This document shows, piece after piece, positions 23,343 through 37,554 of a DNA stretch of 64,000 bases. Each line of letters opens with the position of its first letter. Within the stretch, counting starts at the first letter, position 1. The DNA lies in assembly GCA_010093815.1 (NCBI GenBank), contig ML996573.1, one strand, 5' to 3'. The notes beneath the pieces were generated by a model. The model was not told where the DNA came from. It made no database searches and saw only the letters and a list, made by a program, of their open reading frames with translations. The position numbers and the translations under genes are program-made. The DNA is from Pseudovirgaria hyperparasitica. Lineage: Eukaryota.

Positions 23343-23664
23343 GAAGTGTGGGAACTGAAAGCTACTGTTCTAGAATTGTTTATAAAGGACGTGTGGTCAA
23401 GTGAAGGGGGCTTGGGTGGTTGTTGGGGCGTGTTCTTTGGGTCATTTCTTGTCGGGCAAGGGAGATGACGACACTGTTTCTGTGAGCAGAGTGGAGCGTT
23501 CCTCACAGGGCGGAGCGTTCCGGTGAACATTACGAAGAAGGTGAACAGTGATGATAGTTTCGTGATGAGTGTCTTTTGGTGCGCGCAACATCAACATGCA
23601 TAGAGAGCACGCGTTTCACAAACATTTGGCACACGTTCATACAGCACAACTCGTCTTTGTATAA

Positions 23665-23672
23665 ACACGCAC

Positions 23673-23717
<45 letters not shown>

Positions 23718-23752
23718 NNNNNNNNNNNNNNNNNNNNNNNNNNNNNNNNNNN

Positions 23753-23824
<72 letters not shown>
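23665..23824 (+). repeat. (CA)n microsatellite spanning an assembly gap (N 23718-23752)
   Basis: Read directly from the sequence. Confidence 0.97.
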
Positions 23825-23831
<7 letters not shown>

Positions 23832-24256
23832 CAAAAAAAGCTCAAGCCATTCAGTCCTCTCGTTAGCTGCATAAGAAAACTCCTGGGTCATCACATTATC
23901 AACGCCGCTCCCACAAAGCCTTCCAGACAACCGACAACATCACTAGAAGGTAGTAGCTAAATAGAAACACCCACTCATCCAAAAGACGCGCCCCAAGATA
24001 TCAAATAAGGAGCAAGAAACGCAAGCAGAATATACTCAGACAATAGCAATCGTGAACAGCACATCGGCAAAAGTGCAGTATATATTCCAGGGTCGTGGTA
24101 CAAAGCCCATGGGCCAAAAAACAAGCTAGCTATTTCAGCCACTCTCGAATTTTGTCAGACGAAGAAAAGAAGAGGGAGGAAACGAGAGTAGGACGCTAAA
24201 AGCTTGAACACAAACTACTTTTCCCTTTTTGTGAAGGTCTCTCATCCTCGATAATA

Positions 24257-27200
24257 CTATATCATGTTTGTAGATTTGAGACCCAGGCCTGTCGCCTGCG
24301 ACATGGACGCCTTCGACTCGCCATCACCGTGAGCTAAACCTTTGTTCCACCCACCGAGACTTTCGCTGAAGTCTTTCTCAGTTGTTGGGGTTCGTTCAAA
24401 GTCGAAGCGATCGCTCAGGCGGTAATTCTTGTTTGTTGTCTCCCATTGCGACCGTAATGCGTCCAATTCTGTGGCGAGACTGTCTAGAGCTAAAGAGTTC
24501 CGGTCCGCGGCGTGCTCCGCTGTTGCCGTGCCTTCACTGTGTGCATCATCGTTACTGTATAGACTCTCGCCTGCGATGCTGTCGTGGGGATTATGTTGGC
24601 GCATGCCATTGGCAGCTCCAGGTGGGAGCGTTGATTGTCGACGGTAGTTGTCAACCGAATTCTCGAATTGATCGAGGAAACGCTGAACGCGCGACTCGGC
24701 GTCCTTCGCCCGTTCGTCCAAGAGAGCATTATCGCGGCGCAAGTTCTCAAGATCGATTTTTGATTGAGCAGTAAAGGCCTCGAGAGACGACATTTGTGCC
24801 GTGGCGGCATCACGAGCCTTCCTAGCTTCTTGCAACTCGTTTTGCACTGTTGACAAACGTGTCTCTAGGTCGCCGACATTCTGTTTGAGTGAGTCTTGTA
24901 GAGCGGACACTTCTCTCCGCAAGGCATCGCGTTCGCCTTCCCATGCAGCGGATTCTGTGGCAGAAGCAGTGCCACTCTTTTGGCGGACCTCGACGAGTTG
25001 CTCCTCTAGCTTGGTGTTGGCTGCTTTGTAACGGTCGAGTTCCTGCTTCATCTTCGCTAGCATCTTCTCAGTACCACGTAAATATTTGACTGCAGCTTGG
25101 TGGTCATTCGACAGCGCAGACACTCTATCTTCCCATTCCTTGTTCACTGCGCTCTGCTGTTGCTCAAAAGTTGAACGCATCTCGTCATGAGCCTTGAGTG
25201 ATGCATCGAGTTGCTGTTCGAGTTCGCGCATGCGTCCTAGTTCTGGCGTGCCAAAGCGGGAATTTGGGCTGTCCAAGCCGCGAGATCTTCTCGCATCACT
25301 TGGATTTATTCCCCTTTCCTCCAAAAGGCCCTTCAACGTTTTAAGCTGAATCTCGAGAGCGTTGCTCTCCAGTCGCTGTTTTTCGTACCCTAGAAGCATC
25401 TCATCCCGATCTCTCTGGACATTTTGGCACTCTTTCATAGTGACTTGAAGCTGCTTCCGAATGGTCAGGCTTTCACGGCTTGTCTGTTCCTGATAGGCCT
25501 CGAGGCCAGCAATGCGCTCTTCCGCCCGTCTCAACTTATCAGAAGCAACGTCAGCCGCGTTTTGGTTGTTCCGTACGAGTATGTTCGCAGCTTCCACCTG
25601 TTGCTGTAATATAGTAACTCGTTCATCGATGACATCTTGGTCGTTGTTTTCCATATCGATAGATTTTCCTAAACCTATTAGGACTGCTGATCGGTGCGTC
25701 TCGGCCTCCGCAGCATGCTTTTGGGCCAGTTCTTCAGCATCGCGCAGACGAGCAGTGGTAGAATCCAGTTCTCTCATTTGGCTCTCTTGCTCTGATCTAA
25801 TCTGCGCGAACTTTTGCTCGATGACCACTCGCTGCTGTCGTTCCTCCTCGAATTTGCGTTCAAACATGGAGGCTCTGTCAGATGAGGCTGCTACCGCATC
25901 TCGAAGTGACTGTAACAGCGATGAATGGTTGTGTGTATCACCCACAGCCCTCGTAAGCTTCGTCTCAATCTCTTGCTTGTCAACCGTCAGGAGTCTAGCG
26001 GTGGCTTTGGCTTCAGCTGCATTAGCAGCCTCTTCCCTTGCCGCGCGCTGAACTTCATGCAGCTCCGCACGAAGAGACTCAACTTCTGAAGCATTGCGCT
26101 GTCTGTACGTGTCAAGCTCAGAAACACGTGTTTGCGCTGCTTCGGCAGTCTCTTCGGCTAGCTGTTTAGCTCTGCGTTCGGCCTCGACTTCTGTAGTCAA
26201 GGCTTCAATCTTGTTTGACAGCTCTGTCTGAAAAGCGAGCGAGTTTGCTAATTTTCGGCTTATGTCGTGGACACGATCTATGTCAGGCGTATTCACTCCT
26301 CTACCACCGTCAGGTTGGGGTGTACCTGCTTGACTTCCACCGCCGTGTGCGGCCAACTTTGCCTTTGCGTAGACTGCTTCATTGACTGCCGCGTCGCGCT
26401 GCTTTTCGACCTCTGCAATCTTACCTGCAGCCGATCTAGCTTGGTCGTCAATAGTTTCTTGCACTCTTTTAAGCTCTGCCTTCATGCGTAATAGGGCCTC
26501 GACAAGCGGTCGATCTTCATCGCCGAACGTGTCGGGAGATCTCTCTTCAAAGACTGGGCTGTTGGACGTATTCGCATTGTATCCGGCTTTCCGAGCTAGA
26601 GCAAGCTCGGAAGCAAACCAGGCATTCTTGCTGCGAGCAGCATCAAGTTCCTTGATCAAGTCATCATTTTGCTGTTGGAAGAGCGCTGGAGACGATCCAA
26701 CGCCGCTATCTATCGGTCTTTCTGCCTCCCGACTGAGTCCTCTGACCTGATCTGCAGATGGTCGTGGTGTACCCTGCTCTACGCTATCAATGGAATACTG
26801 TTGTCGTTGTGCTCGTGATCCGCTCCGCGAGGAAAGACTGCCTGAGCGCGTTGTATCCATAGAAGCTTTGGCAGACTGGCTGTGCATCTTGGACTGACCG
26901 CTTGGACTTTGGTCTCTTCTGGAGCCGGACGACTCTACGAAGCCTGTAACCGGGCTACTTTTAAGCGTAGGCGATGCATTATCTAGACGATCAATCTCTT
27001 TCAAGTTTTCCACGCCAGGTCCATAGCCTCTACTGTCTTTTGTTGGAGTCCTACTGCGAGCGTTGTAGCTCACGGCAGTCCCATTTGCTCTAGGCTGCGG
27101 CGGTTGCTGTTGCGGAGGCGGTCCAGGGGGGGCTTGGTTACCTGCTGCGCGTGGCAATCTTGAGCCTGCAGGAGCCGGAATGCCACTCGACTGAGGCTCC

Positions 27201-28886
27201 GTATTCCTTGGCCCACCAATAACACTTTGTCGGGCCGCTGCTACGCTGCCTTGCCCTTGCAGAACCACACTTTTCTCGTTGCTTATCTTACGACCATTAG
27301 GTGCCTGAATTCTGGAGTCATTTAGAGTAGGTGGTGCAGCTACTGGAGGTCCTGTTTGAGGAGCGACAGTATCACTTGCCGGGTAACGGATTTTAGAAGT
27401 GTCCAGGACGTAGGAACAGCTTAGTTCCTCTCGATTGCTTGGTGATGAGCTGGGTTCGCCAGCGAGAACAACGATATGCCTTCCGAAAGCAGTCATACTA
27501 TGCCCTGATCGTGGTGACGGCGCAGGCCCCATGTTTTGAAACATATACCACCTGCGCGACGGGATGCGGAAAGCGGCCAAATCTCCCAAATCGTTCCCGT
27601 CTTTCGTACGACCACCAAAAACGTACATTGTATCATTTACCAAGGCCGCGGCATGGCCTTCTCGAGGTGTAGGAATGTAGCCAATACAATCGAGTTCTGT
27701 CCAAGCATTTACTCGTGGGTCGTAAGTCCAAACGTCGTTGAACCATGTGTTGCCATCGGTCCCGCCGAATCTAGCAATCATTTCGTCAGTCGCATTGAAC
27801 AGTCATCATCGGAAGAACATAGGGCTTACAGATAGAGTTTATCATTATATGTTATGATGGTATGATTTGTCCGGGCAGGCGGTGAGAGTCCTTGTGGTAA
27901 TGGCTCGTCGCCACTGTTGGGGATCAGAGTCTCCCACGTACTGTTTGTCGACTGAAGAGCGTTGAGATCGAAGGCTACCAAGTCGTTGAAGAAAAACCCT
28001 TCGACCTGACCACCAAAGATGAAGATCCTGGACCCGAGCAGATTTAATGTATGTCCGTATCGTCCAGTGGGGCGATTACCAGAGGGCACCGCTTTGGACC
28101 AATGTTTCGTTGCTACTCTCAGTAAGCTCATGACAATGGCAGGACCGAAGCTGGTCGCTACTCACATGTGTTGAGGAGGTACAAATTGTCGTCGAGTTGG
28201 TCACCTTCGTCCATCTTCGTGTCTCCTCCGAAGACAATGAAAGCGTTACCAACTAGTAGACTTGAATGTCCTACTCTGGGCCCGGGACCATCGCCCGTCG
28301 CAGGGACAGGATAACATGGCATATTTGCGTTTCCCGCCTCGCACATCCAGAGGTCACCCTTGACTGTGGTGCCGTTCACAAGACCTCCCATAAGATATAC
28401 GATACCGTCTTTAGAAGCAGACGAGTTGACGGCAGGCCCATACCGGGGAAAGGGATTGGCATTGGCAGAGAAATTGATCCTTCGCTGAGACCATGGGTAT
28501 GGCGAATCGCCAGGAGGTCTTTGAGGACCTTGCGCGCCACGTACGAGTTGCTGCAAACTACGTGTTAACAATGCGCTCTGGGAAAACGTTACCTCTAGAA
28601 ACACTCAACATACCTGTGATTCACCATCTGGTCGCACCGCCAGGGACTTTGGTTCTTGGCCCTGAAGTTGACTTTGCATGCTTCCTGACAGCGAGTTCTG
28701 GGAGTTGTTCACACTTGCGCCTTGGGTGGGGGTATTTCTTCCATTGTCAACATTACGAGGACCGACTAAGCCCCCATTGGCGACGGGTATAGAGGAATTT
28801 TGACCATGAGAGGAGCCCAAGTCTCTCGTCGCCGCAGGCAGGGCGCTATTCTGGTTCTTCTTCGATTTGCCGAAAAGGAAAGACAT
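24257..28886 (-). CDS. tea1: Kelch-repeat, coiled-coil cell-end marker Tea1/TeaA/Kel1
   Basis: MSFLFGKSKK start. Kelch repeats (PGPRVGHSSLLVGNAFIVFGG, PTGRYGHTL, PTPREGHAAAL), a long coiled coil and ALDSLATELDALRSQWE. Three introns. Confidence 0.92.
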
Positions 28887-31010
28887 GACCGGCGGCGCGC
28901 CTCGTCAGCAGGAGGTACAATCGCTGGAGATAATGTCTTTGTGAGGGTCAAGAGAGCATCCGGACGAAGTGTCGGTAGAAGAGATCACTGGATTGATGTT
29001 TCGAGGCGTATGAGGGTGGGTCTTTGGTATCGTAGGAGCGGACTTGAGGAACGGGAGGAGGTATGAGGCTTGCGCAACCGGGGCAGGTCAGGCACATACG
29101 CCACGAGGTAATCAAGGGATCCCGACGAGATGCGGCGGACGGGAATGAGACAGTAAAAGAAACCGGACGTGATACTGTTGCTGGCGGCCTCGTAGGTGAG
29201 ATGCATAGAAATTATTCTTTGGGGAGGCTGGTTTCGTTCGAGAGCGACTCCAGGGCAAAATGACGCTAAGCCGGATTAGACAAATAACCCTGGTCCAGGG
29301 GGCGCGCGATGGACTTTGCGCCATAAATTGCCGTTGCTGTAATATCTCAAGAGCTATATTTTACAATGTCTTTCTACATGGTTGTAGAGAGTTTCCAATT
29401 GTATAAAACTCGGTGTATAGGTATCTTGGTAGCAGCATGACGACATACCCAATTTTCTTGTGGCGGCTGCGTCGTTGTGTGGTACCTGTCATGCTTTCCC
29501 CTGACCTGAGCTTTGTTCTAACGTTAATAATGTCTGGGCAGCTGCACCCTGAACCTGCGGGTGGATACTGTGGGCATGTACATAGTATCAGTATCCCAAG
29601 AACCTGCGCCAACTACTGGGCCAAACCTTGACCTGTCCCAGAATCCCTTATATCCATTGGAGCATAATAGAATGTAGTTCGGAAGAACAAGCTATTAGTC
29701 GCTTGCCATTTGTTGTCTGTATTTTGCTGACCGTCGCTCGCAGTATAGCCTGCATTGACAAGACTGCCAATGGAGCAACTTGGGCTGAACGAACCAAGTA
29801 CATGGATGCGCTCCTCGTTCCGTAATTCGCTCTGCATGTTTTTCTAGTGTCACATCAATCCAATACACCTCAACAAGCCTTCATATGAATGGATTTCGTG
29901 GGGTTGAGCGACGCGAAGGATGCGAAATTACGGAAACCCATCCCTGCATCCGATCAATTATATCTCCCCACGAAACCTACTACATTGCAGAGCCTATATC
30001 TAGCATTCTTCATATATTCTAGTATAGGCTCTTTCTCAGTATACGGTCTGTAAGAGTCCAGATGTTGGTCTATCCTAAGTCATATGATAGATGGCGAATC
30101 GTTCTCGATCCACGATGCAAATTCTCTAGAGCCTGCTGCTAGGCGCATGCACAACAACCTCAATATTGAATCTCATGTGCACCACCACCTAGAGCTCGTA
30201 GATCTAAATCCTAAGGATGCACACATTGCACACGCCTGAAGGAGCAGGAGGGCCGTCGTAGAGGTGGTCGATCAAGTCAGTGGGCTGATGAAGATGGCAC
30301 ATAGATAGTTCACTTCCAGGAATGTAAAATTCGAGAAAAGCCACTTCTCATACGGTGTCTATCCTACCGATTTTGCTCGTAGCGAAGCGTACTGCCTAAG
30401 TAATGATTGGCATTGTATCCTATACTTATACCATTGTTGGTCAAAGCTAGCCGACATATCCATGGATAGACGTCCTGGCACCAACAGCTCTCTTGTTTCG
30501 GGATAAGAATCAAATATGCGAATATCTCGAACCGCCGTGCTATGTTCAGGCTTCTGCGCAAAGCAGAAGATTATAAGCAAATGAGTCACAACACTGTTGA
30601 GTAAGCATGAAGTCGAATTTCAAGGTGTTGAGCGAATGTCAGAAGTGCAGTGAAGGCGAGAATTGTTGTTGTATGCCACTAGACTATTCCTTCCGTTGAG
30701 GGTTGTGGAGGACGAAACAAAGAAGAAGCGGTCAAGTGAATAATAAATTGATAGCATTCCAGAACGGCAGCCTGAGGCCTCATCGGATAGATGATGAATC
30801 CAAATCTGTTTACATGTGTAATATTAGTGCCGCGCGCTAACCATGCACCCGGGGTCAAGACTAGCAGCTGGCCCAAGTACCTACGTACTTTAAGACTGGG
30901 CATGCGTTTTCACCTTCAACGTCAAAGTTCACGTCGCAGTTCGCAATTTTCCCCTGGTCACGCCTCTCAGCCGGCTTTAAACACCTTGTAAGAATCGTCT
31001 TCCTTTCGCC

Positions 31011-31046
31011 ATGGGCGCTCCGCGAAAGCCTCCCTCAAAAATATAG
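31011..31046 (+). promoter_or_regulatory. Candidate uORF (MGAPRKPPSKI*) upstream of KOG1
   Basis: GCCATGG context, TAG at 31044-31046, 26 nt before the presumed KOG1 ATG. Confidence 0.45.
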
Positions 31047-31072
31047 TCGCGTGAAGCGTGACAATATTCAAG

Positions 31073-34000
31073 ATGGCGATGCGACCAAAGCATGCTTCGC
31101 AAATACTGGAGCTCGAAACACCTTCAACACCGGACGAATACGATCAGCAGCCGTACAGCTCGTCAAGTCCGCATGCAAACTCAGATTCGCGAACGTCGTC
31201 CTCGCGGATGACCAATGGTGGTTCGAATATGCGTCGAGACGGACGGGCGGAAAGACCGCAAATGCTGCGAGCAAAGAGTGATTTCGGACCTCGGAGAGAG
31301 GATGCTACAGAAAATCATGACGATGAGTCAAAGAGTAGCGCGGAAGGAGACTTCAAGATCAGGCATGGCTTTGAGTCGCAACTGACTTCTGAGGAATATA
31401 ACACCATACTCAACTCTGTATGTGGAGCTTTTACTTGCTTTGGTCTCTTTAGCGGCAGGCTGCTGACCCTCAAACACAGACGTTTTTCATGTACTTTACC
31501 GACAAGAAGCACGAGACCGGCGGTCACCCTAAAGAATACGACGAATCATACCCATTACAAGAATGGCGCACGAAGGACAGGTTGAAGACCGTGTCTGCAG
31601 TTTTGGCACTCTGCCTTAACATCGGTGTCGATCCGCCAGACGTTATCAAGACGAATCCTTGCGCGAAGTTAGAATGCTGGATTGACCCTACTGCGTCAAG
31701 TGGCGCCTCCGGACACACTCCCATGAACCAGATCGGTAAAGACCTCCAACAACAATATGAACAACTCAGCATGCGCACGCGTTACAAGCTATGTCTAGAC
31801 CCGACCGTCGACGAAACTAGAAGATATTGTCAGACCCTTCGGAGGAATGCGAGAAACGAGCGCGTCCTGTTCCACTACAATGGACACGGTGTGCCCCGAC
31901 CTACATCCTCAGGCGAGATTTGGGTCTTCAATCGAAATTACACGCAATATATCCCCATCTCTTTGTATGATCTTCAGACATGGATTGGCGCACCTAGTCT
32001 CTTCGTGTACGACTGCTCAGATGCTGGTACCATTATCTCGAATTTTAATCGTTTCGCCGAAAAACATGAGAGCGAGAACCTTGAAGCACGCCGCAGAGAT
32101 CCCAACATCGAATCGGTCGATTTCAGCGACTGCATACATCTTGCAGCGTGTAGGGAAAGGGAAACATTGCCTGTCAACCCTGACCTTCCTGCCGATGTCT
32201 TTACGGCTTGTTTGACCACTCCAATAGAGATGGCTGTTCGATTCTTCATATTGCAAAATCCGTTACCTTCAGGCATCACGTTAGCTGATGCTCAATACTT
32301 CTCCCATTCTGCAGAGAAACTGGGCCGTGCTTCGGAACGAAGGACACCAATCGGAGAACTGAACTGGATTTTTACCGCCATAACTGATACCATTGCCTGG
32401 AACTCACTGTCGAAGCCCTTATTCAAAAAGCTTTTTCGTCAAGACTTGATGGTGGCCGCCCTTTTTCGAAACTTCCTCCTCGCACAGCGTATCATGCGGG
32501 TATATCACTGCCATCCCGTGTGCCATCCTGAGATTCCTCAAACCCACGACCATCCTTTATGGCGCAGCTGGGATCTTGCTGTGGAGATGATTCTAGCGCA
32601 ACTGCCTGATCTTTTGGCGAAGAACAATGGCGAAAAGGCATACGAGTATCAGCATTCAAATTTCTTCGCTGAACAACTCACTGCATTTCAGGTATATCTT
32701 GACCGAGATGCACAGGAAGGCAAGGTGCCAGAACAACTCCCGATTGTCTTGCAGGTTCTACTGAGTCAGGTTCATCGATTGCGTGCATTGGTCCTACTCT
32801 CGAGATTCTTGGACCAAGGTCCATGGGCAGTGCTGCTCGCCCTCAGCATTGGCATTTTCCCCTATGTCTTGAAATTGCTGCAATCTCAGGCTATAGAATT
32901 GAAACCTGTCATGGTCTTCATATGGGCACGTATCTTGGCGGTTGATCAATCCTGTCAGGCGGACTTACTGAAGGACAACGGATATCAGTACTTTATCAGT
33001 ATTCTCCATCCCTCGTCTGGTAAGTACTCGGGAAAAGTATAAGTCATCGATGATGCTAACTCGCGGGTAGCGCTGCCTGTGGTGAATCAGGTTGAACATA
33101 GAGCCATGTGTGCATTCATCATTGCAATGTTTTGCAAAGACTATCACCAAGGACAGACGGTTTCACTTAGTCCTGAGCTGATCGAAAACTGTATTACACA
33201 CATGGCTGACGTTCATAATCCACTAATTCGACAATGGTCATGCTTATGCCTTGCCAAACTCTGGGTCGGCTTTCCCGAGGCCAAATGGGCTGGCATTCGC
33301 TGTCTCGCGCACCAAAGGCTCTGTGAGCTCGTTTTAGATGCTGTATCCGAAGTTCGCGCAGCAATGTTGTATGCGTTAACCGCATTTCTTGGTATACCAG
33401 ACCTCACACCTCAAGTCGCACAAATCGAAGAGTCCATTGCATCAATGGTTCTGGTATTGTCATCAGACGGTAATAGTATGGTACGCAAGGAGCTGTTAGT
33501 ATTCTTCTCGACATTCATCGTCCGATATAGAACGCGATTCAACGTGGCTGCATACGATCAGCTGGTCGAAGAACGAGATGAGTTCCTACGCCCAAGCCTC
33601 GGCAAGCCGGATAACTCACAGGGTGGTCAGTCCACGAAACAGGACAATGATGCCACCAAATCTGAAGGCGCAAGATTTCAGTCTGTGTCCTCCAATACCG
33701 TCTTTTCCGCCATCTGGAAGCAAGTACTAGTCATGTCGGTAGACCCTCACCCTGATATAGCTCAAAGTGCAGGTATAATCGTGGATAACGTTATACAATC
33801 GCTTCTTGACTCACCCCTGGGTCCATTCGCTGAGCCTATTCTCAAAGAAGTTGAACACCATAATCGTCAGAAGCCACGGGTAAACACGACTGCTGCAGAG
33901 GTTCCTCCCGCGCCACAGCCGTCAGCTCCACCGAGCCCAACAAGACAAGACGGGTACTTTTTTGCAGGAATCAGACGCACGGCAAGCGTAGCTGCCTCTC

Positions 34001-35501
34001 TGAAGAATCTAGCTTGGGGTTCAACGAGTCAAAACACTTCGCCAAGTACCACCATCAAGATTGCACCACGAGGTACTCCAGACCGTCCTGGCCGTTCGAA
34101 GCTTCCCAGCGATTGGAACCGGCCACCGGATGAGAGAGATCGTCCCCATACACCGCATTCCCACATGCCTGCTAAAACACCAGAAACCCGCTATTTTCGA
34201 CCCAGAGACCTCAGTCAACCTGCAGAGTTACCTCTTCCAAGCACATTTTTTGAATGGTCTGTGGAATACTTCCGCGAACCCCAGATGAAGTCAAGTGAGG
34301 CCGACGAACCAGGAAGCGTTGACTATAATGAGCGCCTGTGGAGAAGGAATCGCAATGACAAGATCATTGCTGAAACGCAACCTCAAAAGGCTATCGCCGG
34401 CAGCAACAAGTGGGACCGGTCTAAAGCATTCTTCAATAATGTCTCGCAGCCGACCAAGATGTGCTTTCATCAATTCGAGAACCACCTGGTCGTAGCCGAC
34501 AATCGTGACACACTGTGTATCTGGGATTGGGACAGACAGCAGCGACTCAATAGGTTCTCGAATGGCAACCCGTTCGACTCAAAGATTACCGAAGCACGAT
34601 TTATCAACGAAGATGACCAGGCGCTATTAATGACAGGTGCATCTGACGGTGTTATAAAGCTATTCCGCAACTATGATTCTGCAAAAGAAGTCGAACTTGT
34701 TACAGCATTCCGGGCGTTGACTGATTTGGTCCCCAGTAATAAGAATGCTGGGCTAGTCTTTGATTGGCAGCAAAGTCGAGGTTCGATACTTGTCGCTGGT
34801 GACGTCAAAGTGATCCGTGTCTGGAACGCAGGGAGCGAGCTATGCTCAACTGTAGGTCCTTAGGGTAAACAGATATGAGCAGATTTAATGACTAGATTTA
34901 GGATATACCAGCTCGATCGGGGTCTTGCGTCACTTCACTCACTTCTGATCAGGTTGAAGGCGAAGTTTTCATTGCTGGCTTTGGCGATGGAGCCGTCCGC
35001 GTATACGACCAACGAGAAAAGCCAGCCACGGCGATGGTTAAAGTATGGAAGGAGCACAAGCAATGGATCACCAACGTTCATCTTCAGCGAGGTGGGCAAA
35101 GAGAGTTAGTCAGTGGCTGCAGGAGCGGGGAAGTCAAACTATGGGATATCAGGATGGACAAAAGTGTCAAAACGATTCGAGCGACTCGTGATACTTTGAG
35201 GAGCTTAAGCGTGCATGAACATGCTCCGGTCTTCGCTGTGTATGTTGCTCCTCTTTGCTCTGTCATAACCGCTAATCTAGGACTCACTAGTGGCTCTGAG
35301 CGACATACTGTCAGGTTGTACAACCTTAACACGGGGAGCCCACTCTCGTCCTTCGAGCCGTATTCTGGAGTTCTCAATCGGAATCGATCCTCGCCTATCT
35401 CATGCACCGCGTTTCATCCTCATCGAATGATGATTGCTGGGGCTGCACTACACGACACGCATGTTAATATTTACGCAGGAAACTGGGAAGGCGCTGTATG
35501 A
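31073..35501 (+). CDS. KOG1: TORC1 subunit Raptor (Kog1/Mip1)
   Basis: RLKTVSAVLALCLNIGVDPPD, VLFHYNGHGVP, HEAT repeats and C-terminal WD40 repeats. Four introns at about 31418-31480, 33020-33070, 34852-34901 and 35240-35290. Confidence 0.97.
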
Positions 35502-35980
35502 AAGCCATAAGGCAACTTTATTCCCCTATCAACCCGGCCACAGCGACGGAGCATCGAATCTTCCTCTGCATTGTAAGATATGGGAATATGGAGTCATTTG
35601 TGATACGCATGGCTTCGGGCAACTTTGCAAAGGCGCATGGACTTTGGATTACGGATTTAAGATAGTCTAGTGGCTTTGACATAAGTTCAGACTCACAATG
35701 TCGAAATACCTTGTACGCGTGTGGATTATTTTATGATGAATTCTTGATCTCGCTACTCGCAAAGATAAATATGTTAGCCGACACTATGAAATTCGTTGCC
35801 CTGACTTCGCTCCGATGTCTCTAGCCGCGTTGATGCGATTGTGTAGACACTTACCTATAGGTAAGGTTGCCACCCGGTAAGTATCCATGAAGCTTCGGAC
35901 CGACCCCACCGTTCCCTTCCTCCACGCTTGTCATCACCAACGATTCCACTCGATTACTCTGTTCAAGTGTATAAGTCGAC

Positions 35981-37097
35981 ATGAGGCCGGATCCTGCTGT
36001 GCTGGAAGTTCTATCTCTATCTGAAGGGAATGTGACCGTGGAAGACCATGGTGGTGGTGGTGGCTCTTCCTCCGCGTCAACATCGAAGATTATCTCAAAA
36101 CAAGACGACGGCACTAAGCTGGAATACTTCATGAAAACAGGGTCCGGCAAAGATGCAGAAATAATGTTCCAAGGTCTGCACCGCGACAACGAGCGATCTT
36201 CTAGGTTCCCCGTTGATGCCTTCTAGGTGAACACGCATCCCTCAACGCAATCAACGCCGTGGTCCCGTCTCTGTGCCCTAAATCCCACGGGAGCGGCCCA
36301 TTCTCCTCCGACGCAAATACTTTCTTCCTCGTAACGGATTTCCTGAATCTTTCTGCTCGCAGCAATCTTTCGGCAGACGATGAACCGGCCTCTCTCGCGG
36401 AGAAACTTGCTCAGCTACATACTACCCCGGCGCCCATTCCTGACGGCTACGACAGTCCTATGTTTGGCTTCCCCGTGCCCACATGCTGCGGTGATACTCC
36501 GCAGGACAACACCTTCAACGCCTCCTGGGCTGATTTCTACGCCAACAGCCGGCTGAGGTTCATTCTTGAGCGGGCAGAAAGTGCGAATGGTGTTGATGAC
36601 GAGTTGAGGCGTATGCTCGAGACGGTTGCTTCCATTGTCGTACCACGGCTGATTGGCGACGAGCATTTGAACGGTGGCAGGGGCGTAACTCCAGTCGTTG
36701 TACACGGCGATCTATGGTCGGGTAACGCCGGGAGAGGGAGGATAGGAGACGATGATGTGGTGCAAGAGGTTGTGTATGATCCCTCTGCGTGCTATGCACA
36801 CAGCGAGTATGAATTGGGAATCATGAAGATGTTTGGGGGTTTTGGGGACGTGTTTTTGAGGGAGTATCATAGGGCGTGCGCGAAGACGGAGCCGGTGGGC
36901 GAGTATGAGGATCGGGTAGAGTTGTATGGATTGTAAGTGCAGTTGTGTAGAGATGGAGGACTAGTGTAGAGGAGAGAGCTGATATGTGCAGGTATCATCA
37001 TCTGAACCATTATGCGTTGTTTGGAGGTGGCTATAAGGCTGGGGCAAAGGCGATCATGAAGAGGCTTATTAGGACCTATGTGCATGATAAAGCGTGA
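35981..37097 (+). CDS. Fructosamine/ketosamine-3-kinase family protein
   Basis: YFMKT, MFQGEHASL, FGFPVPTCCG, VVHGDLWSGN, YDPSACYAHSEYELGIM, YHHLNHYALFG. Two introns. Confidence 0.93.
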
Positions 37098-37554
37098 GTG
37101 AACTTCGGCAATAGGAACTAGGTTACCGGAGCTACTGTCGAGTATGCACGAGGCACTGGCGTACTTGTTTAGAGGGTTGTGACTAATTTTATAGGTAGGT
37201 CAGCTTGAAGAGTTTGGTGAAGTCGATACCAGGTGCGCACCGCCTGTCGAAGAAACAGGAATAGCTCCAATACGAAAGGTCTCTGACTGTTTTCATAATA
37301 AAGAGATGACAGGATGCAGTGGGTGTTCGAGTATGAATATATGGTCGACGAAGAGAGATCTTGATGGCTATTGGTATTCAGGAGAGAAGGCTAGACCTCA
37401 ATTATGTCCTGCCGTCAAAATCGGACCCTTGCTCCTCCATATTAACACTGATCCATACAGACGACTAAACATTAATATTTTATTGACTTATAAATCCCAT
37501 GCTCGTACAACTACCACAGCAAACGACATTAAGCCATAAACCAATCACTGATTT

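Noticed and set aside
23530..23930. CV/HT-repeat ORFs
   Set aside because: They are translations of the (CA)n microsatellite and the N gap.
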